Shown piece by piece: positions 36,268-50,396 of a stretch of 64,000 nt of DNA. Origin of the DNA: Hemiscyllium ocellatum (taxonomy: Eukaryota). The notes beneath the pieces are model-generated. The model saw nothing but the letters and a program-made list of their open reading frames with translations. It made no database searches and had not been told where the DNA came from. Where the stretch lies: positions 4,357,239 to 4,421,238 of the forward strand of contig NW_026867487.1 of NCBI RefSeq assembly GCF_020745735.1, read 5' to 3'. Numbering within the stretch: the stretch's first letter is position 1; every line of letters starts with the position of its first letter. A program made the position numbers and the translations under genes.

Positions 36268-39200
36268 AGAGAGCGGTGCTGGAAAAAGCAAGGCAGGTCA
36301 GGCAGCTTTGAAAGAGCAGTAAAATCGAGGTCTTGGGCATAAGCCGTTCATCAGGAATAAGGCTTATGGTGACGGGGCACTGAGAGATAGGTGGGAGAGG
36401 TGTGGAGCTGGGGCAAGGTAGCTGGGAATGTGATAGTTAGATGAAGGTGAAGTGAAAGTGATAGATTGGAGAGGTGGGTGGATTGGGTAGGTGGGAAGGA
36501 AGATGGACAGTTTAAGAGGGCGGTGCCGTGTTGGACACTTGGGACTGGGATAAAGTGTGGGGGGGGGTAAATGTGGAAAATGGTGAAATCTACATTGATC
36601 CTGTGTGGTTGCAGGGTCTAAGGTGGAAGATGAAGCATTCTTCCTCCAGGCGTCAGGTGGTTAGGCTTTGGAAATGGAAAAGGCCCAGGATCTGCATGTC
36701 TTGGTGGAGCAGGAAAGTGTGTTGAAGTTTTCAGCCACGGAGTGGAGGGGTTGGTTGTTGCGGGTGTCCCAGAGATGTTCTCTGAAACAATCTGCACTTT
36801 GGCGTCCTGTCTTTCCAAAGTAAAGGCGACCATACTGGGTGCAACGGATACAGTAGATGACCTGTGTGGAAGTGCAGGTAAGTTTCTGTCGAATGTAGAA
36901 AGATCCTTTGGAGCCTTGAATGGAGGTTGTGAGGAGGTTTGGGTGCAGGATTTCCACTTCTGCTCGTGGCAGTGCTTGTTGTGGTCTTTAAACAAGGAAT
37001 CCATCTGGGATTTTCTCTCTTGAAATGCAGAACCTTCCACTCCCTTCATTCCAATCACAATCAACCCAGTAGACAAGGTGCGGGGTTGTTGTGGGAGTTT
37101 GGAGCACCGACCCCGCACTGCTGAAGCCAGGTGCCAACTCGCAGACTCCTCCTCTTACTGCCCCCTCAACCACGACCTCACCTCCCACGACCAAACTATC
37201 AACTCCCAGACCATTTACAAAATCATCACCTCTGAGTATCTCCCATCCACAGTCTTCAACCACATCGTCTAACAATGCCACACTGGCCGATTCTACCTCT
37301 GACCCAAGATTCACAAACTTGATTGCACCGATCACCACATTGTCTTAGCCTGCTCCATACCCACTGAATAACTTTACACGGTCCTAACCCCTTAGTCCAA
37401 GAACATCCTATTTGCATTCAGGGCACCATCCACGCCCTTCACTTTCTCCAAGAGCAAAGTATCCCCGGCCTGAACATCTTATCTTTGCCATGAATATACA
37501 GTCCCTGTACACATCCATCCGCCATAACAAAGTCTTCCAAGGCCTTTTCTCTTTTTCATCACACACCAACCAAACCAGTAACATTTCACTGACACTCTCA
37601 TTGAGGTGGCTTAAATGGTCCTGACCCTCAAAAATTTCGCATTCCCATCCCCCAGCTTCCTCCAAACCATGGGCTCCCGATTGGGCCTCAGCTATTCCTG
37701 CCTTTTCGTTGGATATGTGGCACAGTCCATCTTTCACAACTACACTGGCACCATTCCATACCAGCTCCTCTGTTGTATTGATGACTGTATTGGCAAAACC
37801 TCTTGCTCCCATGAGGACATTGACTTGAACTTCTCAATCACCTTCCACCCGATTCAAATTCACCTTAAACATGTCAGATACCTTCCTCCCCTTCCTGTAC
37901 CTCTCCACCTCCATTTCCTGCAACCAACTATACATGGATATTTACTACAAACCCACAGACTCCCACACTTACCTGGCGTACATCTCTTCCCACCCTGCCT
38001 CCTGTTAGAACGCGATCTCTTGTTTCCAATTATTCAGCCTCCACTTCCTCTGCTCCCAGGAGAATCAATTCTACCATAGAACATTCCAGATGGCTGCCTT
38101 CTTCAAAGACCGCAATTTCTGCTCTGACGTAGTCGACAATGTCCTCTAGTGCATCTGCTTCACTTAGACTAGATTAGATTACTTACAGTGTGGAAACAGG
38201 CCCTTCGGCCCAACAACTCCACACCGACCCGCCGAAGGGGAACCCACCCATACCCCTACATTTACCACTTACCTAACACTACGGGCAATTTAGCATGGCC
38301 AATTCACCTGATCCGCACATCTTTGGACTGTGGGAGGAAACCGGAGCACCCGGAGGAAACCCACGCAGACACGGGGAGAACGTGCAAACTCCACACAGTC
38401 AGTCACCTGAGGCGGGAATTGAACCCAGGTCCCTGGCGCTGTGAGGCAGCAGTGCGAACCACTGTGCCACCGTGCCGCCTCCACACTTGGACGCACCTCC
38501 AATCGCAACAAGAACATAACAGCCCTGTTCCTCACCTTCCACTCCACCAACCTCCTGGTACGTTACATCATCCTCTGCCATGTCTGCCAACTGCAAACAA
38601 ATCACAGCACTAAGGATATATTTTCCTCCTCACCCGCATGTGCGTTTTGGAGAGACCATTCCCTCCACGACTCCCTTGTCAGATCCACGCCTCACACCAG
38701 CCTAACCATACTCCCAGCACTGTCCCCTGCCACCAGAAGAGGTGCAAAACCTGTGTACACACCTTCCCACTCACATCTGCCCAAGATCCTTCAACATTCT
38801 ACAGAAATTTATCTGTACTTCCACATACGTCATCTACTATATCTGTTCCACACGCTGTGGTCTCCTCTACATCAGGGAGACAAGCCACCATTACGTGGAT
38901 TGTTTCAGATAACATCCCTTGGAAACCTGCACCAGCGAACACCATTATCCCTTGGCTGAAAACTTCAACTCCCCGTCCCAATCTCCAAGGACATTCAGGT
39001 CCTGGGTCTCCTCCGCCGCCAAACCCTCATCACCAGATGCCTGGGGGTAGAATGCCTCAACGTCCACCTTGGCACACTGCAACCATGCAGGATCAATGTG
39101 TATTTCACCAGTTTGCCCATTTCTCCTCCCCAACTTTATCCCATTCCCAAGCATCTAAATTGGCACCGCTATGTAACCTGTCCATCTTCCATCCCACCTG

Positions 39201-39430
39201 TCCGCTCTACTCTCTACTTCAACCGATCACTTTTACCACCATCTTCATCTACCTATCACAATCCAAGCTACCTCGCCCCAAGACCGACACCCCAGCCATT
39301 TATCTCTCAGCACTCTACCCTCCCCCGGCCCACAACCCTCATTCTTGATGAAGAGCTTATTCCCGAAATATCGATTATCCTGCTGCTTGGGTGCTGCCTG
39401 AACTGTTGCGTTTCTGTAGCACCACACTGG
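36268..39430. mobile_element. Penelope-like retroelement, unit 2 (inverted arm ~36268-37025, body ~37025-39430, interrupted by a SINE)
   Basis: Paralogue of 18944-21800; GIY-YIG ORF 36661-36957 (-) and RT remnants in ORFs 37412-37624 and 37615-38079. Confidence 0.88.
38165..38479 (-). mobile_element. Young HE1-type tRNA-derived SINE, unit-2-specific
   Basis: Minus strand has 5' GGCGGCACGG, A box TGGCACAGTGG, B box GGGTTCAATTCCC and a 3' GGGCCGAAGGGCCTGTTTCCACACTGTAAG(TAATC)n tail. The paralogous PLE site is empty in units 1 and 3. Confidence 0.92.
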
Positions 39431-40472
39431 AGCTATATATTAACAGACAATACAAGGTCTGGTTGCGAGACTTGGGATAAGGACTTTGGAGAGCTCCAGC
39501 CTGAAGGTAATCAGTTATGCAACCAGAAGGCTCACGTTATACAAGTGGAAAATGAGGCATATGTTATTTTTCTAAGTTGCACTGAGCTTCACTAGAGTGT
39601 TGCAGTAAAACCTGAAACAAGGTATTGGATAGGGAACAGCGTGGTGTGTTGCATGTTCAGGATCATTTCATTGCGAAGAGAATACAAGTGTTCTGCAGAG
39701 CGGCAACACAGCCTGTTTACCCAGTGTAGATGAGACGACATTGTGAGTAATGAATGCAGTAAACTAAATTGAATGAAGTGCAGGTAAAGCACTGCTTCAC
39801 CTGGAAGATATGTTTTGGCCCTTGGGTAATGAGGAGAGTGGAACTGAACGGAAAGGTGTTGCATCTTCTCTGACTGGAACCGAAGTTTTTGTGAGTCTGT
39901 GAGTGCTTTTGGGATTGAAGGAAGAGTTGGGCAGTGTTCCCAGGCGGACTGGTCCATGCAGAAGGCTGACTAGCAGGAGCAGGGAAATGTCTGTCTGGAA
40001 ATCCCACGTAGAAAGTTTATCAGACTTCAAACCGTCTGCACCCTCACTCTGATCAGAGACAATTAATGAAAGCAGAACTTCTCAATCTAATTTCAAAATC
40101 GAATTTCTTTTATTCACATCGTTGTGTCGATCATTTAATGCCTGAGCTTTGCTTGAAATCACTCAGAGTTTAAATTGTTTCTGCATTCAGTTGGCCATCA
40201 AACTTCTCTTATGTCAATTAAAAGCAAACTTTCCACATTTGGTCATCCTTTTCTGAGCAACAGAGTGAGCTCCTAATGTTTCTCTTTTCTAACATAAACA
40301 GGAACTTGTGGTTATCGACGTTATCAGAACGTCAGTTCAAGGTCGTCCTATCGCACGACTTGCAGGAAACGACAAAAAACTAAACGTAATCCAAGCTGAC
40401 AGCGTTTTCTTCTTGGATGTTCTGCAGACTTTTGAGACAGAAAATTTGACATCGAATTCCAAACCAGCAGAG

Positions 40473-41561
40473 ATGTTACTGTCCGTTCTCTCTCTGACCT
40501 GCATTACCTCCATTGTTGGTAAGGAGTTTAAAAAGAAGTTTAATTGAAGGTTTAATATATTTGAGAAACAGAGTGCACGGATTTGACGAATATTCGAGAT
40601 ACTTCAAAGCACGCTTCATACTTGCACGAAATTCTGGTCTCTGTCTTCCACAAAACATGAAGGGATACAAACTGCAAGGGAAAAGTGATTCATACAGATG
40701 TTGCTGGAATTGAAAGTTGGACAGAAATCAACGTGTCGGCTTGCGTCCATTTCTCCCCAAATGGGAACACTAAAGGGTATCTAGATTGATGTCTTTACAA
40801 TGGTGAAAGGATCTTATGTTCGGGTCACGAAGCAACATAGTGTAGTTGAGAAGGATTCCAGGTTTATGCATCTAAATAAGCAAGGTTAAACGGCACAAAA
40901 TTATCTAATGAGGATGTTTGGGAAAAAAGAATGACAGTTGTTTGTCCGGAGAACAGGTACAATAGGTTTTTATTAGCACTAGGGGCAGTTAGAGTGACGA
41001 ACAAAGATGCACTTAAAAGGAAAGCAGATAAACAGGATAGTGAGAAAGGGATGGAGAGACCTACTATTAAAATGAGAGGGAGAAATAGTGAGTATGCTTG
41101 TGGTGATGATGCACACAGCCATGAGGCCAACGACCTGAACGAGCCTCTTCTCCTCGAAATTATATCTATTTTGAAGATATCATCAATTTCTAAGTTCAGT
41201 TTACTTTAATCGAACATTTAATCTTTGTTTTCTGCTTTCCCTAATCTTGTGTTCTAGGTCTGAGCGATGCAGTTTCTGTTACTCAACAGTATCTTTCGTT
41301 AACGCAGACAGAGGGACAAGATGTCACGTTAAATTGCACCTACACTGAAGTTGCTTATTACTTGTACTGGTACCGTCAGTACTCAGGCAGAGAGCCAGAG
41401 TTTGCAGTTCGGAGGCACACGGGCGGTGGTCCCGAATTGAAGGCAGATTTCGCTCAGTCCCGGTTTTCTGATTCCCTCCAGTCGACAGAGAAGTTGTACC
41501 AATTGACCATCTCGCAGCTTCTGCTGTCTGACACCGCCGTCTATTACTGTGCAATAAGCCT
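40473..41561 (+). CDS. TRAV/TRDV: TCR alpha/delta-type V segment, family A copy 3 (leader 40473-40518, V exon 41258-41561)
   Basis: Leader MLLSVLSLTCITSIV+G with GT donor at 40519. Open exon GLSDAVSVTQQYLSLTQTEGQDVTLNCTYTEVAYYLYWYRQYSGREPEFAVRRHTGGGPELKADFAQSRFSDSLQSTEKLYQLTISQLLLSDTAVYYCAIS. Confidence 0.94.
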
Positions 41562-41600
41562 CACAGTGACAGAAAGGAGTGAAAGCCTTGTACAATAACT
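41562..41600 (+). promoter_or_regulatory. 23-RSS of VA3
   Basis: CACAGTG + 23 nt + ACAATAACT. Confidence 0.92.
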
Positions 41601-44191
41601 GCCGCATGTTTCTGGGTCACAGCTACTGTTGTTGCGGGCTGTTTGTAACAGTAGGTTACAGACTTAATCTTCATCGTCCTGTGAAGGATATGTCCCAGAG
41701 GACAGATCCCGTCATCAGCATTTACACTTGTTCATTTCGAATGCTGTTTCTGATTCATGCATCGTGTGAGGACCGAATACCCTATTGATTATTTGGGAAT
41801 GTCAAGCAACACCTCATTCAATTTCACTGAGAATAAAATATGTGCAGTTGGCCTGGCACTAACCATTTCCATGTACCGCCCTTTTTGAAATGAAATGGAA
41901 CAAATAATTTTCAACGTGAAATTGCTTAATGGTGAGTAGAAAGCAGTCATCCATGTGAGAAGAATCTTAACATTTAAACAATCCCAATTGAGCAACTATT
42001 AAAATACTAACAATGAAGGTTACATTCTACAACGAAACAGGGTAAAAGGGCGATATTTTCAGGATATGATGAGAGGATAATAACAATGATATTGACAGCA
42101 ATAATCTGGAAGGACAGGCGTGGGGTTCTCTTTGAATACCTTTTATATTCGAGGGAATATGAAAGCCTTTTAATTTTTAAATGTACAAATTGTGCAGAAC
42201 ATTGGAAGGATGTTTAGATATTTGCACTCACCAAGTAAGGCTGAATTAATAATTGAATAACAATGATTATTTCATTTTTTTCCTTTTATCTATCCAGTGA
42301 TTCTCTCCTGTTTCAGTTAAATATTCAGGAATGACTGGAAAAGAGTCAGGTCAGATATTTTTGGAGTCTAGTCTTTGACAAATCTTTTGGGGTATGAAAT
42401 GGCATATAATCCTGAATCACATTTTAAAGGAAGTTCAGGATACATCTTATGTAAGTGGAGCAGAGGAACCCATTTCCAATGCAGCGAGTATATGGTCATT
42501 TCTCAATTCGGTTATTTCCCAGAAAACACATGGAAAGACCTGGTTTTTCTGCATTTTGCACCTGCCATGCAACCTCTGATATCTGTTCTGCTCACTTTGT
42601 CACATTACACGTGTGTTTTTGTTGTCGGCTCCCACTGGTTTGCATTCCCATATCCCTTAGCTTGCAGTAAGACAAGACATTGTTGGGACTCTCCAACTCC
42701 ATGGCATCAATGTGGATTTCACCAGTTTCCTCATTTCCTCTCCCTCAACCTATCCCAGTTCCAAACGTCAAACTTGGCACTGCCCTTATGACCTGTCCTC
42801 CGTGCACATCTTTCTTCCCACCTATCCACTCCACCCTCCCCTCCGACCAATCACCTTCACCCCATGAGTATGACGGCATACTCATCTGCCGTACCCCCCC
42901 CACCCCCACACACACCCACCTCATTCCCATTTATCCCACCACCCTCTCGGCTCACAGCCTTATTCCTGAAGAAGGGCCCTTACCTGAAACGTCGATTTTT
43001 ACTGCTCCTCGGATGCTGCCTGGCTTGCTGTGTTTGTTTCAGCTTCATCGATTCTAATCTCCAGCCTCTGCCATCCTACGTTCGCCTACGTTGTCAGAGA
43101 GCTCAGCTCACCGACAGTAAAGTTTCCCTCATATTTCTAAACATCCATCAATCCAGAAAATCGAGCACGAATGCAGTTTGCTGTTACAGCATTCCCATAT
43201 TTAAAAATGTCGATGAAGAATATTGCATCAGTTAGCCGACTCCTGTCAGCACACTTCCAAGGGCTCTTTTACTGAGTGAATACTCACAACATGTCTTTAG
43301 AACTGTGTCACTGTTACCAGCTCCTGCGATATCACATGTGCACAAGTAATATCTAAGGAAGTATAGAAAGAAAATGATATCAAAATAACGATGGTAATCA
43401 ATGTTATGTAGTTAAAGCTTATATTGCAAGAACAAGAAGCATAGCTGAACAGATGATTGTTATAAAACATGCTCCCTAGCAGTGATCGCATTACAACATA
43501 CGAACTTACCATTTGAAGGAGTTGCAGCAGAACAAATAATAAAAGCCAATATGATTTTAGAGCGGATGGTGACTGGAACAAGGGAACGAAGCTGAATTGC
43601 TTCATTTAAGAATCAATGATGTGTCATGTCCAGTCTCCATGCTAATTAGTTCATTTCTGACACAGTCACCCAATCGCCTTTCAGCTCCATTGTACTCCAA
43701 TTCTCGAGACCAACGTTTCGTTATGTGTACCCCTAATGGGAGCTGGAGGAGTCAATTTAGTCTGTCGAAATTACCGCACCGGAAAATGAAGTCGTGGTTG
43801 ACTTGCCTCACGGCGAAAAGATTCCTCAAATAACTCCTGTCATTTATGACTCACTAATCTATCGACATTGTCTGAAATATATTCAGTACAATGGCTGAAA
43901 TATTTTCTGATGACAGAATTAAGATTGAAATGAGCATTAATTTGAATTTGTGTTTTTAAATACAGTAACTGTGGGTCGTTCATGGGTAATATTTAATGTT
44001 GTGGTACGAGTATTACGCTCTGTAATTAATTGAGCTGCTCACTGATCAGGAAAAACCCACGCAACAATTCTTTCAAAGAAATGTACTGAAGTGTCAGTGT
44101 GTGATAAGCTGTAATGAACAGACATCAATGGGTAGCAGCTGTCACCAAGAAAACTGGTGCATTTCTTCTACGAGGATTTTACTCATTTCCA

Positions 44192-44495
44192 GCACTGATT
44201 TGCACAGTTGGAGATCATGTGGTCACTCTGCAGTAGCTCCGGTATGATTAATTGGTACAACCCATCTGCTTGCTGGAAAGCATGAGCGCTTTAATCTGAG
44301 CGAAACCCGCCTTCAACTCAGCAGCACAGATCGTGCGACTCCAGAATGCGACCTCAGACTCTGTGACTGGTCACTGAACATGCAAAAACAAGGCATCAGC
44401 GTGTCCAGTGTACGTGCAGTTCAAAGTGACGTCTTCTCCCTCTGTGTGTGTGAGGGAGGGCTCACTCTGATTGATATGAACTGTATCGATCAGAT
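44192..44495 (-). pseudogene. Inverted decayed family-A V (psi-VA, unit 3)
   Basis: Paralogue of 3841-4142 and 27149-27450. Confidence 0.8.
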
Positions 44496-47400
44496 CAGGA
44501 ACAACAGAGGAGGAAATGGAAATCCAGAAATTAAACGTTCGGTCGATTCAAGTTGAAGATGGAAGTTCATGGGTTACCAACAACAATTGATCGCAGAAAA
44601 CATCTCATTAGAACCATCCAGTCTGTGTCCGTGCGTGCAATAACCACAAGCATCATACGTAATTCATCGCTCATTCTACCTACGAATCAGTCCATCCTTT
44701 CTCCCACCCAAGTTTTTTTCTTGTCTTCTAATCAATACGTCTTTGTTGCCCTCTCCAAACACTCCTGGTGGTGATGACATACTCGTTCTACTTCTTCTTA
44801 GCTAAATAATGAATGGTGATGAACTGATTGAGCAAATTCCATCTTGTTTTGTTACCACTGCTGGAATATGAGTCACAATTATTCACTCACTTTGCTTGCA
44901 TTACTTATTTGAATGCATAGCCACGATTGCACTTGCTTACCCATTGACTGACCAATCGTGACTAAATTCAACTTCTTTTATTACTATGGTTGAAATCTGA
45001 GGCAGGATTATTCAGACAATTTGTCGGGATTATTAGCTTGAGAGCATACCTACGATGTTATATAATCCATAGCTAATTTGGTGAAATCACAGACACGATG
45101 ACAGAGCTCCCACTTGTGGTGATGAGAGAAAAATGACCTGTCTCTGAAACATAACTGAGTTTTCAAACAATTGAAAGAGGTTAGCGTCTGGTTCCGAAAA
45201 TAATTGTTATTATTATTAATGATATTCGAATTGTTATCATCATCATCGCTATCATCAACATCATCATTGTCATCATCACCATAATCATTATTATACATCT
45301 TAATGCAAATGCACAATTGCTCGGAAAAATATCAACTTGTTTTGTTTTCCACCTTCTACTGTTTATTTATTTTCAATATCCCAAACGGATACTTCCAACC
45401 AAAGTAGAACCGCAGTGGTCACCACAATTTCCACATGTTCACACAAATCAAGGCGATAGATGTGATCCTCGTTGTTATGTTCGATGTTGATCGTTCCAGT
45501 TGAAATTGAACCAAGTGCAGTGGGTTGTGACTTCTGTGGCAATTACAACAGCTCACATGATTTCACTTCTGTGTTGAAAAGTGGAGCATCAGTCGCCGGA
45601 ATCTGCAGACCGTCGATTTAGGAAAGCGTGTCAGAGATTCCAGTGTAGAGGACAAAATAGAATTGCACAGAAAGTTTCAGTTTCCATTGAACAGCAAGTT
45701 TGATTAACTGCGAACTGCAGTTTGGAAGGACTGCAGATGCTGGCAGTCAGAGTCCATTAGATGTGGAGATGGGACGAGACCGCAGGTCAGACAGCATCAG
45801 AGGAGCCTGGAAAAACTATATTGCATGTCGAGACCCTTCATCTTGACTGATGAAATGTGGAAAATGCGACGTGCATCGAGGAAAAATGCTACTAGAAAAC
45901 AGAACTAATGCTTTTATCAATCGCTCAAGTGTTAGTCCCGAACTAAAGTCCTTTCCCAGAACTTTACCCGCGAGCTGCAAGGACGGGACCAAAACTGGCA
46001 AGCACCAGACATGTTAGTTGTCATTGCATTTCGATAAAAAGAAATCTCGATGCACAATTTGTGCTACTCGGAGAAAATCTCAAATTGTTGGTAGCATGTT
46101 AGATTGCCTAGCATGGAGATGAAACGTCTGAGAGTATACTCACCAGCTCAGCGAGCAAACCAACAACTTGATCCACAACCTGAGCTACAAATCTTCGGCA
46201 AACTTTTAATATCAAACATCGTTTAAGAACAATCTCAAGCAGTCTGATTCACAGGTTGTCTGTTGCTTTGATGTTCGCGACTTTTTTGACAGATTTTCAA
46301 GAGAAACACAATCTTATTGAGAGTCATTGTCACACGCATTTTCCTCGTGTCATGTCGTAGTCTCTACCATAGAGATATGCAGAGCTTTATGGCACTATAT
46401 TGTGAAGGTGGAATGTACTTGATCTGATTTCAGAAGCATTCAGCGTGAGGTGCCATTTTCTCCCTGGAGAAAGCAAAGGTATAAATGTAAGTCAGGAAAT
46501 CGGGTAGCACAAAGTACAGTTCCCACCCCAAAAGTATGCAACAGGAATTGCAATGAACTGGCATCCATTATTACATCCATTGGCGAGAGTGCCATCTGTT
46601 CTGACACTAAACTCATTCTTATGCACCTTGCATGAAATTTTTAACATAAAGTTGGAACGTCCAGGATGTTTCAAGTTAAAAGCACTTTTCATCGATTAAT
46701 TTTCGCTGGGACACCATCAATGATCAGAAGCAAGCCCTTTGCTGTATTTTACGAAGAAGGTTCGATGTCTCAGTGCATCCCACATTGAACACCAACGTGT
46801 TTGCTCATCCCCAAATCTGCGTTCTTGTTTTCTTTATCTCGTGAACGAATTTACAAAGGATTAGTTTCTTGTGCCTGGTTTATGGGGTGAATCAACGCCC
46901 AATGGAATAGCGCAGTTTGAGAATGCAGCTCACCAACGTTTTCTTTAGGGGAAATATAAGTAGACAATAAGTGCTGCCATAGTTAGTGTTGTCTGTATCC
47001 CATGAACTATTTCTATAAATCATATTGGAACCATCTCAGAATTCTTGTTTAAAACAATCAAGATACAAAATCAACCAAGCGTCAACAGCACTGCTCTTTT
47101 TCTTAAAATAGTTCCAATTGAATTAAAATATTAAACAATCTAAATATGTCTCTGAAACTCAGCATAAAGCATAAAGTTGGGACTTTGGAATAGCACTTTG
47201 GAATAGATTGTGCTTCGAGATCATGATGGAAATGCACAGATCAGTAACAGTGCTTTCTATTTTCGGCCCCATCTTTGCAGCTATCTGGATTCTGGGTCAT
47301 GTATTGCAGTTCTGTCGTAGTCTTGAATGATTGGTGACTGAATTAGTTCTATTTTCCAGTAGCATAAATCCTTGATAGACATCTCATTTCAAATATTTAA

Positions 47401-50147
47401 TTATCTATATTTCACCCTTCAACAACGTTGTTTTCTTGTTAGCTGGCGTACTTTCTCCTCTTTCACGGAATAATTCAACATTATTGACCTGTCATTTCGA
47501 ACAATTATTTCTTCCAATTACTGAACAACTTCGTTTGACTTAAGTGCATGGTCCTGTTTTTGTCATCAATTGTATGTTTATATCTTGGCTTCAGCAATGT
47601 TACGCAATTCTTTTATCATTAAGTTAATTACGTTGGCCGTGCTAAATTGCTTGATACTGTCCAAGGATGTACGTGCAATCACAGTGCATTATTTATAATT
47701 CATTAATGCCAAGAAATTAGCGCACAATCCTGGTCTGAAATGTTGGTTAGCTATACATTTGACATTCCCATTCATACTCTGAGTGAATTCATGCACTATT
47801 TCGGATGATTAACGCATGTCTTGATGCAATTTTCGAACTGTTCTAACCGTGAATAAGCAATGGCTATCGTTGTCAAAATGTTAATCTATTGCATTGTTTC
47901 ACAGCGCTTCTGTAAAATGCATTTACTGATCTGTCATGGTTTTGTGACTATGATTGTAAACAAATTACTATCTGTTTGTGAATGTGATTTTGTCATGTGA
48001 TTAATTGCGACAGTCACAGAAAATTACCCAGAGCGGATTTCCTGACTGGAAGCTTGAAATCATATAATTCCCATCTGAATGTAAAAAATATATTTACTGA
48101 CGGAATATTTCTGAAGCAAGATGCTGGCAAGTGGCAAGCACTGTTAACTTGGCCATTTCAAAAACGTCCATTATTTTCTCCACATTAGAGGGCGCAGTGT
48201 TTCTGTTGTCAACATGTGACATTTTCTGTTCCAACTTTGCTCCTAAAATGGTTCTAAACTGAGGACTGCTCAATGCAGAATTTCTTTCTGCAAACACCCA
48301 ACAACATGGTGAATTTCGACCATTAGAAGGGATGACACTTTTCCACAATTGAAGAAAAAAATTGTTGGTGGCAATTCAGACGAGGGTCACTCACTTGATT
48401 CTTGACATGATGTGGTTGTCTTATGAAGAAAGATTGTTTCTAAAATGTACTGGAATACTCCCAGTTACCTGTACGAGTGCAGCCCAACAACACTTGTGAA
48501 GTTCGACAAAATCCAGGACAAAGGACAACTATAGATTTTCAGGATTTCTGCAAGTATCCACTCCCTTCAGCGCCGATGCTGAGAAGCAAAAGTATGCATT
48601 ATCTACAAGATGCATTGCAAAAATTTGCCTTCGACATATTCTTAGACACCACCTTCCAAATTCACGACCGCATGAGTTAAGAAGGGAAAGGACAGCAGAT
48701 ATTGGGATTACCAACACCCGAAAGTTCCCATCTGAGTCATTCACCATCCTGAATTGAAAACACGTCGCAGTTCCGTCATTGTCGCTTGTTGAGAGCGTGA
48801 AAGTCCTTCGCGAGTGGCATTGTTGGTCTACCTACAGCACGAGCATTGCCGTGGTTTAAGAAGGCCACCTTCACTACCTCCTACTGGAGGACAACCTTTT
48901 TGGATTAGCAATGAATTTACTCCAATGCAAACACATCCCGCCTCAGCTGAGGACCAAACACTCAAAGTTCTACCTGTGGTCTCGCTGATGCCTTGCATCG
49001 TTGAAGAAAGGTTTTGCAGTTGTTGCGACAGATGGGCTGATGAACTGCAAGTGGAATTCTATTTAGATAAGTCTGTGGTTGTGTTCTTTGGTACGACAAA
49101 CAAGGCAAGGGAATCAATAATAAATGGTAATAACCCATGAAAGTTCCTTGGATCAGGGGTATCTCAGTATGCATGTGCACCGAGAACTAAGGGAATGGGT
49201 AAGAATGCAAATGGGATTCATAGCTTTGTCAGTCATGGTGAAATTATGAAAGACATAGATCGGGTATCGAGAGACGAACTTTCAACTTGGTGAAAAGATC
49301 AGTGGCCGAGGGCATAAATCATAAATGTGAGACACAACTGGTTTAGAGGGATGTGAGGAAATGTATTTTCATCGACAGGATGGGGGAGAATCTAGAATTA
49401 ACTGCCTTTCATGGAATTAGAGGCAGACACACCCATTTAGATATGTTCTTGCTGCACCAAAGTACACATGCGAGAATAGTTAGTTTTTCTGACCAGCGTT
49501 TATTCGATTGGATAAAATTATTTTTAATTAGAGAAAGCAAAAAACGAAGGTAGAGGTTTCAAATAAGGATCATCGTCTCTCAGGCGAGGTGAGAGGTTAA
49601 GATGGCGAGTGATTCGTGGTAACCTAAGCTGGCCTATGAATTGAACTCACAAGTTTGTCATCAATTTGCATTGCAAACCAGCCAACCAGCCAACTGAACG
49701 GACCAATCCCCCGAGGATAAGAGCACTACATTAATTTATTGAATTAAAAGATTTTCAAGATATATGGTCAGCGAAGTGAAGAAGGGACTTTGATAGCAAT
49801 GAAACGTTCTGAGAAGATACGAAATGAAGCATGACCTCTTGCATTTCCGTATAATCCGGTGTGGTTCATGCTGGATCATCAAACATTTGTAGTTATTTTA
49901 GTTTTGCATAATTATTTGGAAGCAAAGAACTTGAAAATTGCTTGAAAAAAAAAGGATCAGCAGATATATGGTATTCAGTGATCAGGATCTGATATAGATA
50001 TTCCACTGTACAAATAATTTTACAGCATTTCTTAATATAGCACATAATTTACGGTTTTGGAAGGTTGAGCCCAGAGATGATTGCCAATAATGCTGCTTAT
50101 ATCCATACTGTTAGGAAGGACGAGTGTTAATCTCGTCGTGTGTGGCA

Positions 50148-50396
50148 NNNNNNNNNNNNNNNNNNNNNNNNNNNNNNNNNNNNNNNNNNNNNNNNNNNNN
50201 NNNNNNNNNNNNNNNNNNNNNNNNNNNNNNNNNNNNNNNNNNNNNNNNNNNNNNNNNNNNNNNNNNNNNNNNNNNNNNNNNNNNNNNNNNNNNNNNNNNN
50301 NNNNNNNNNNNNNNNNNNNNNNNNNNNNNNNNNNNNNNNNNNNNNNNNNNNNNNNNNNNNNNNNNNNNNNNNNNNNNNNNNNNNNNNNNNNNNNNN
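50148..50396. other. Assembly gap (249 N)
   Basis: Run of N at the same cassette position as the 9773-9995 gap. Confidence 0.99.

Noticed and set aside
45303-45310. Ig-promoter octamer ATGCAAAT (also 29715-29722, 49205-49212)
   Set aside because: Not upstream of any leader, not conserved across units, and two of the three lie in CR1 fragments.
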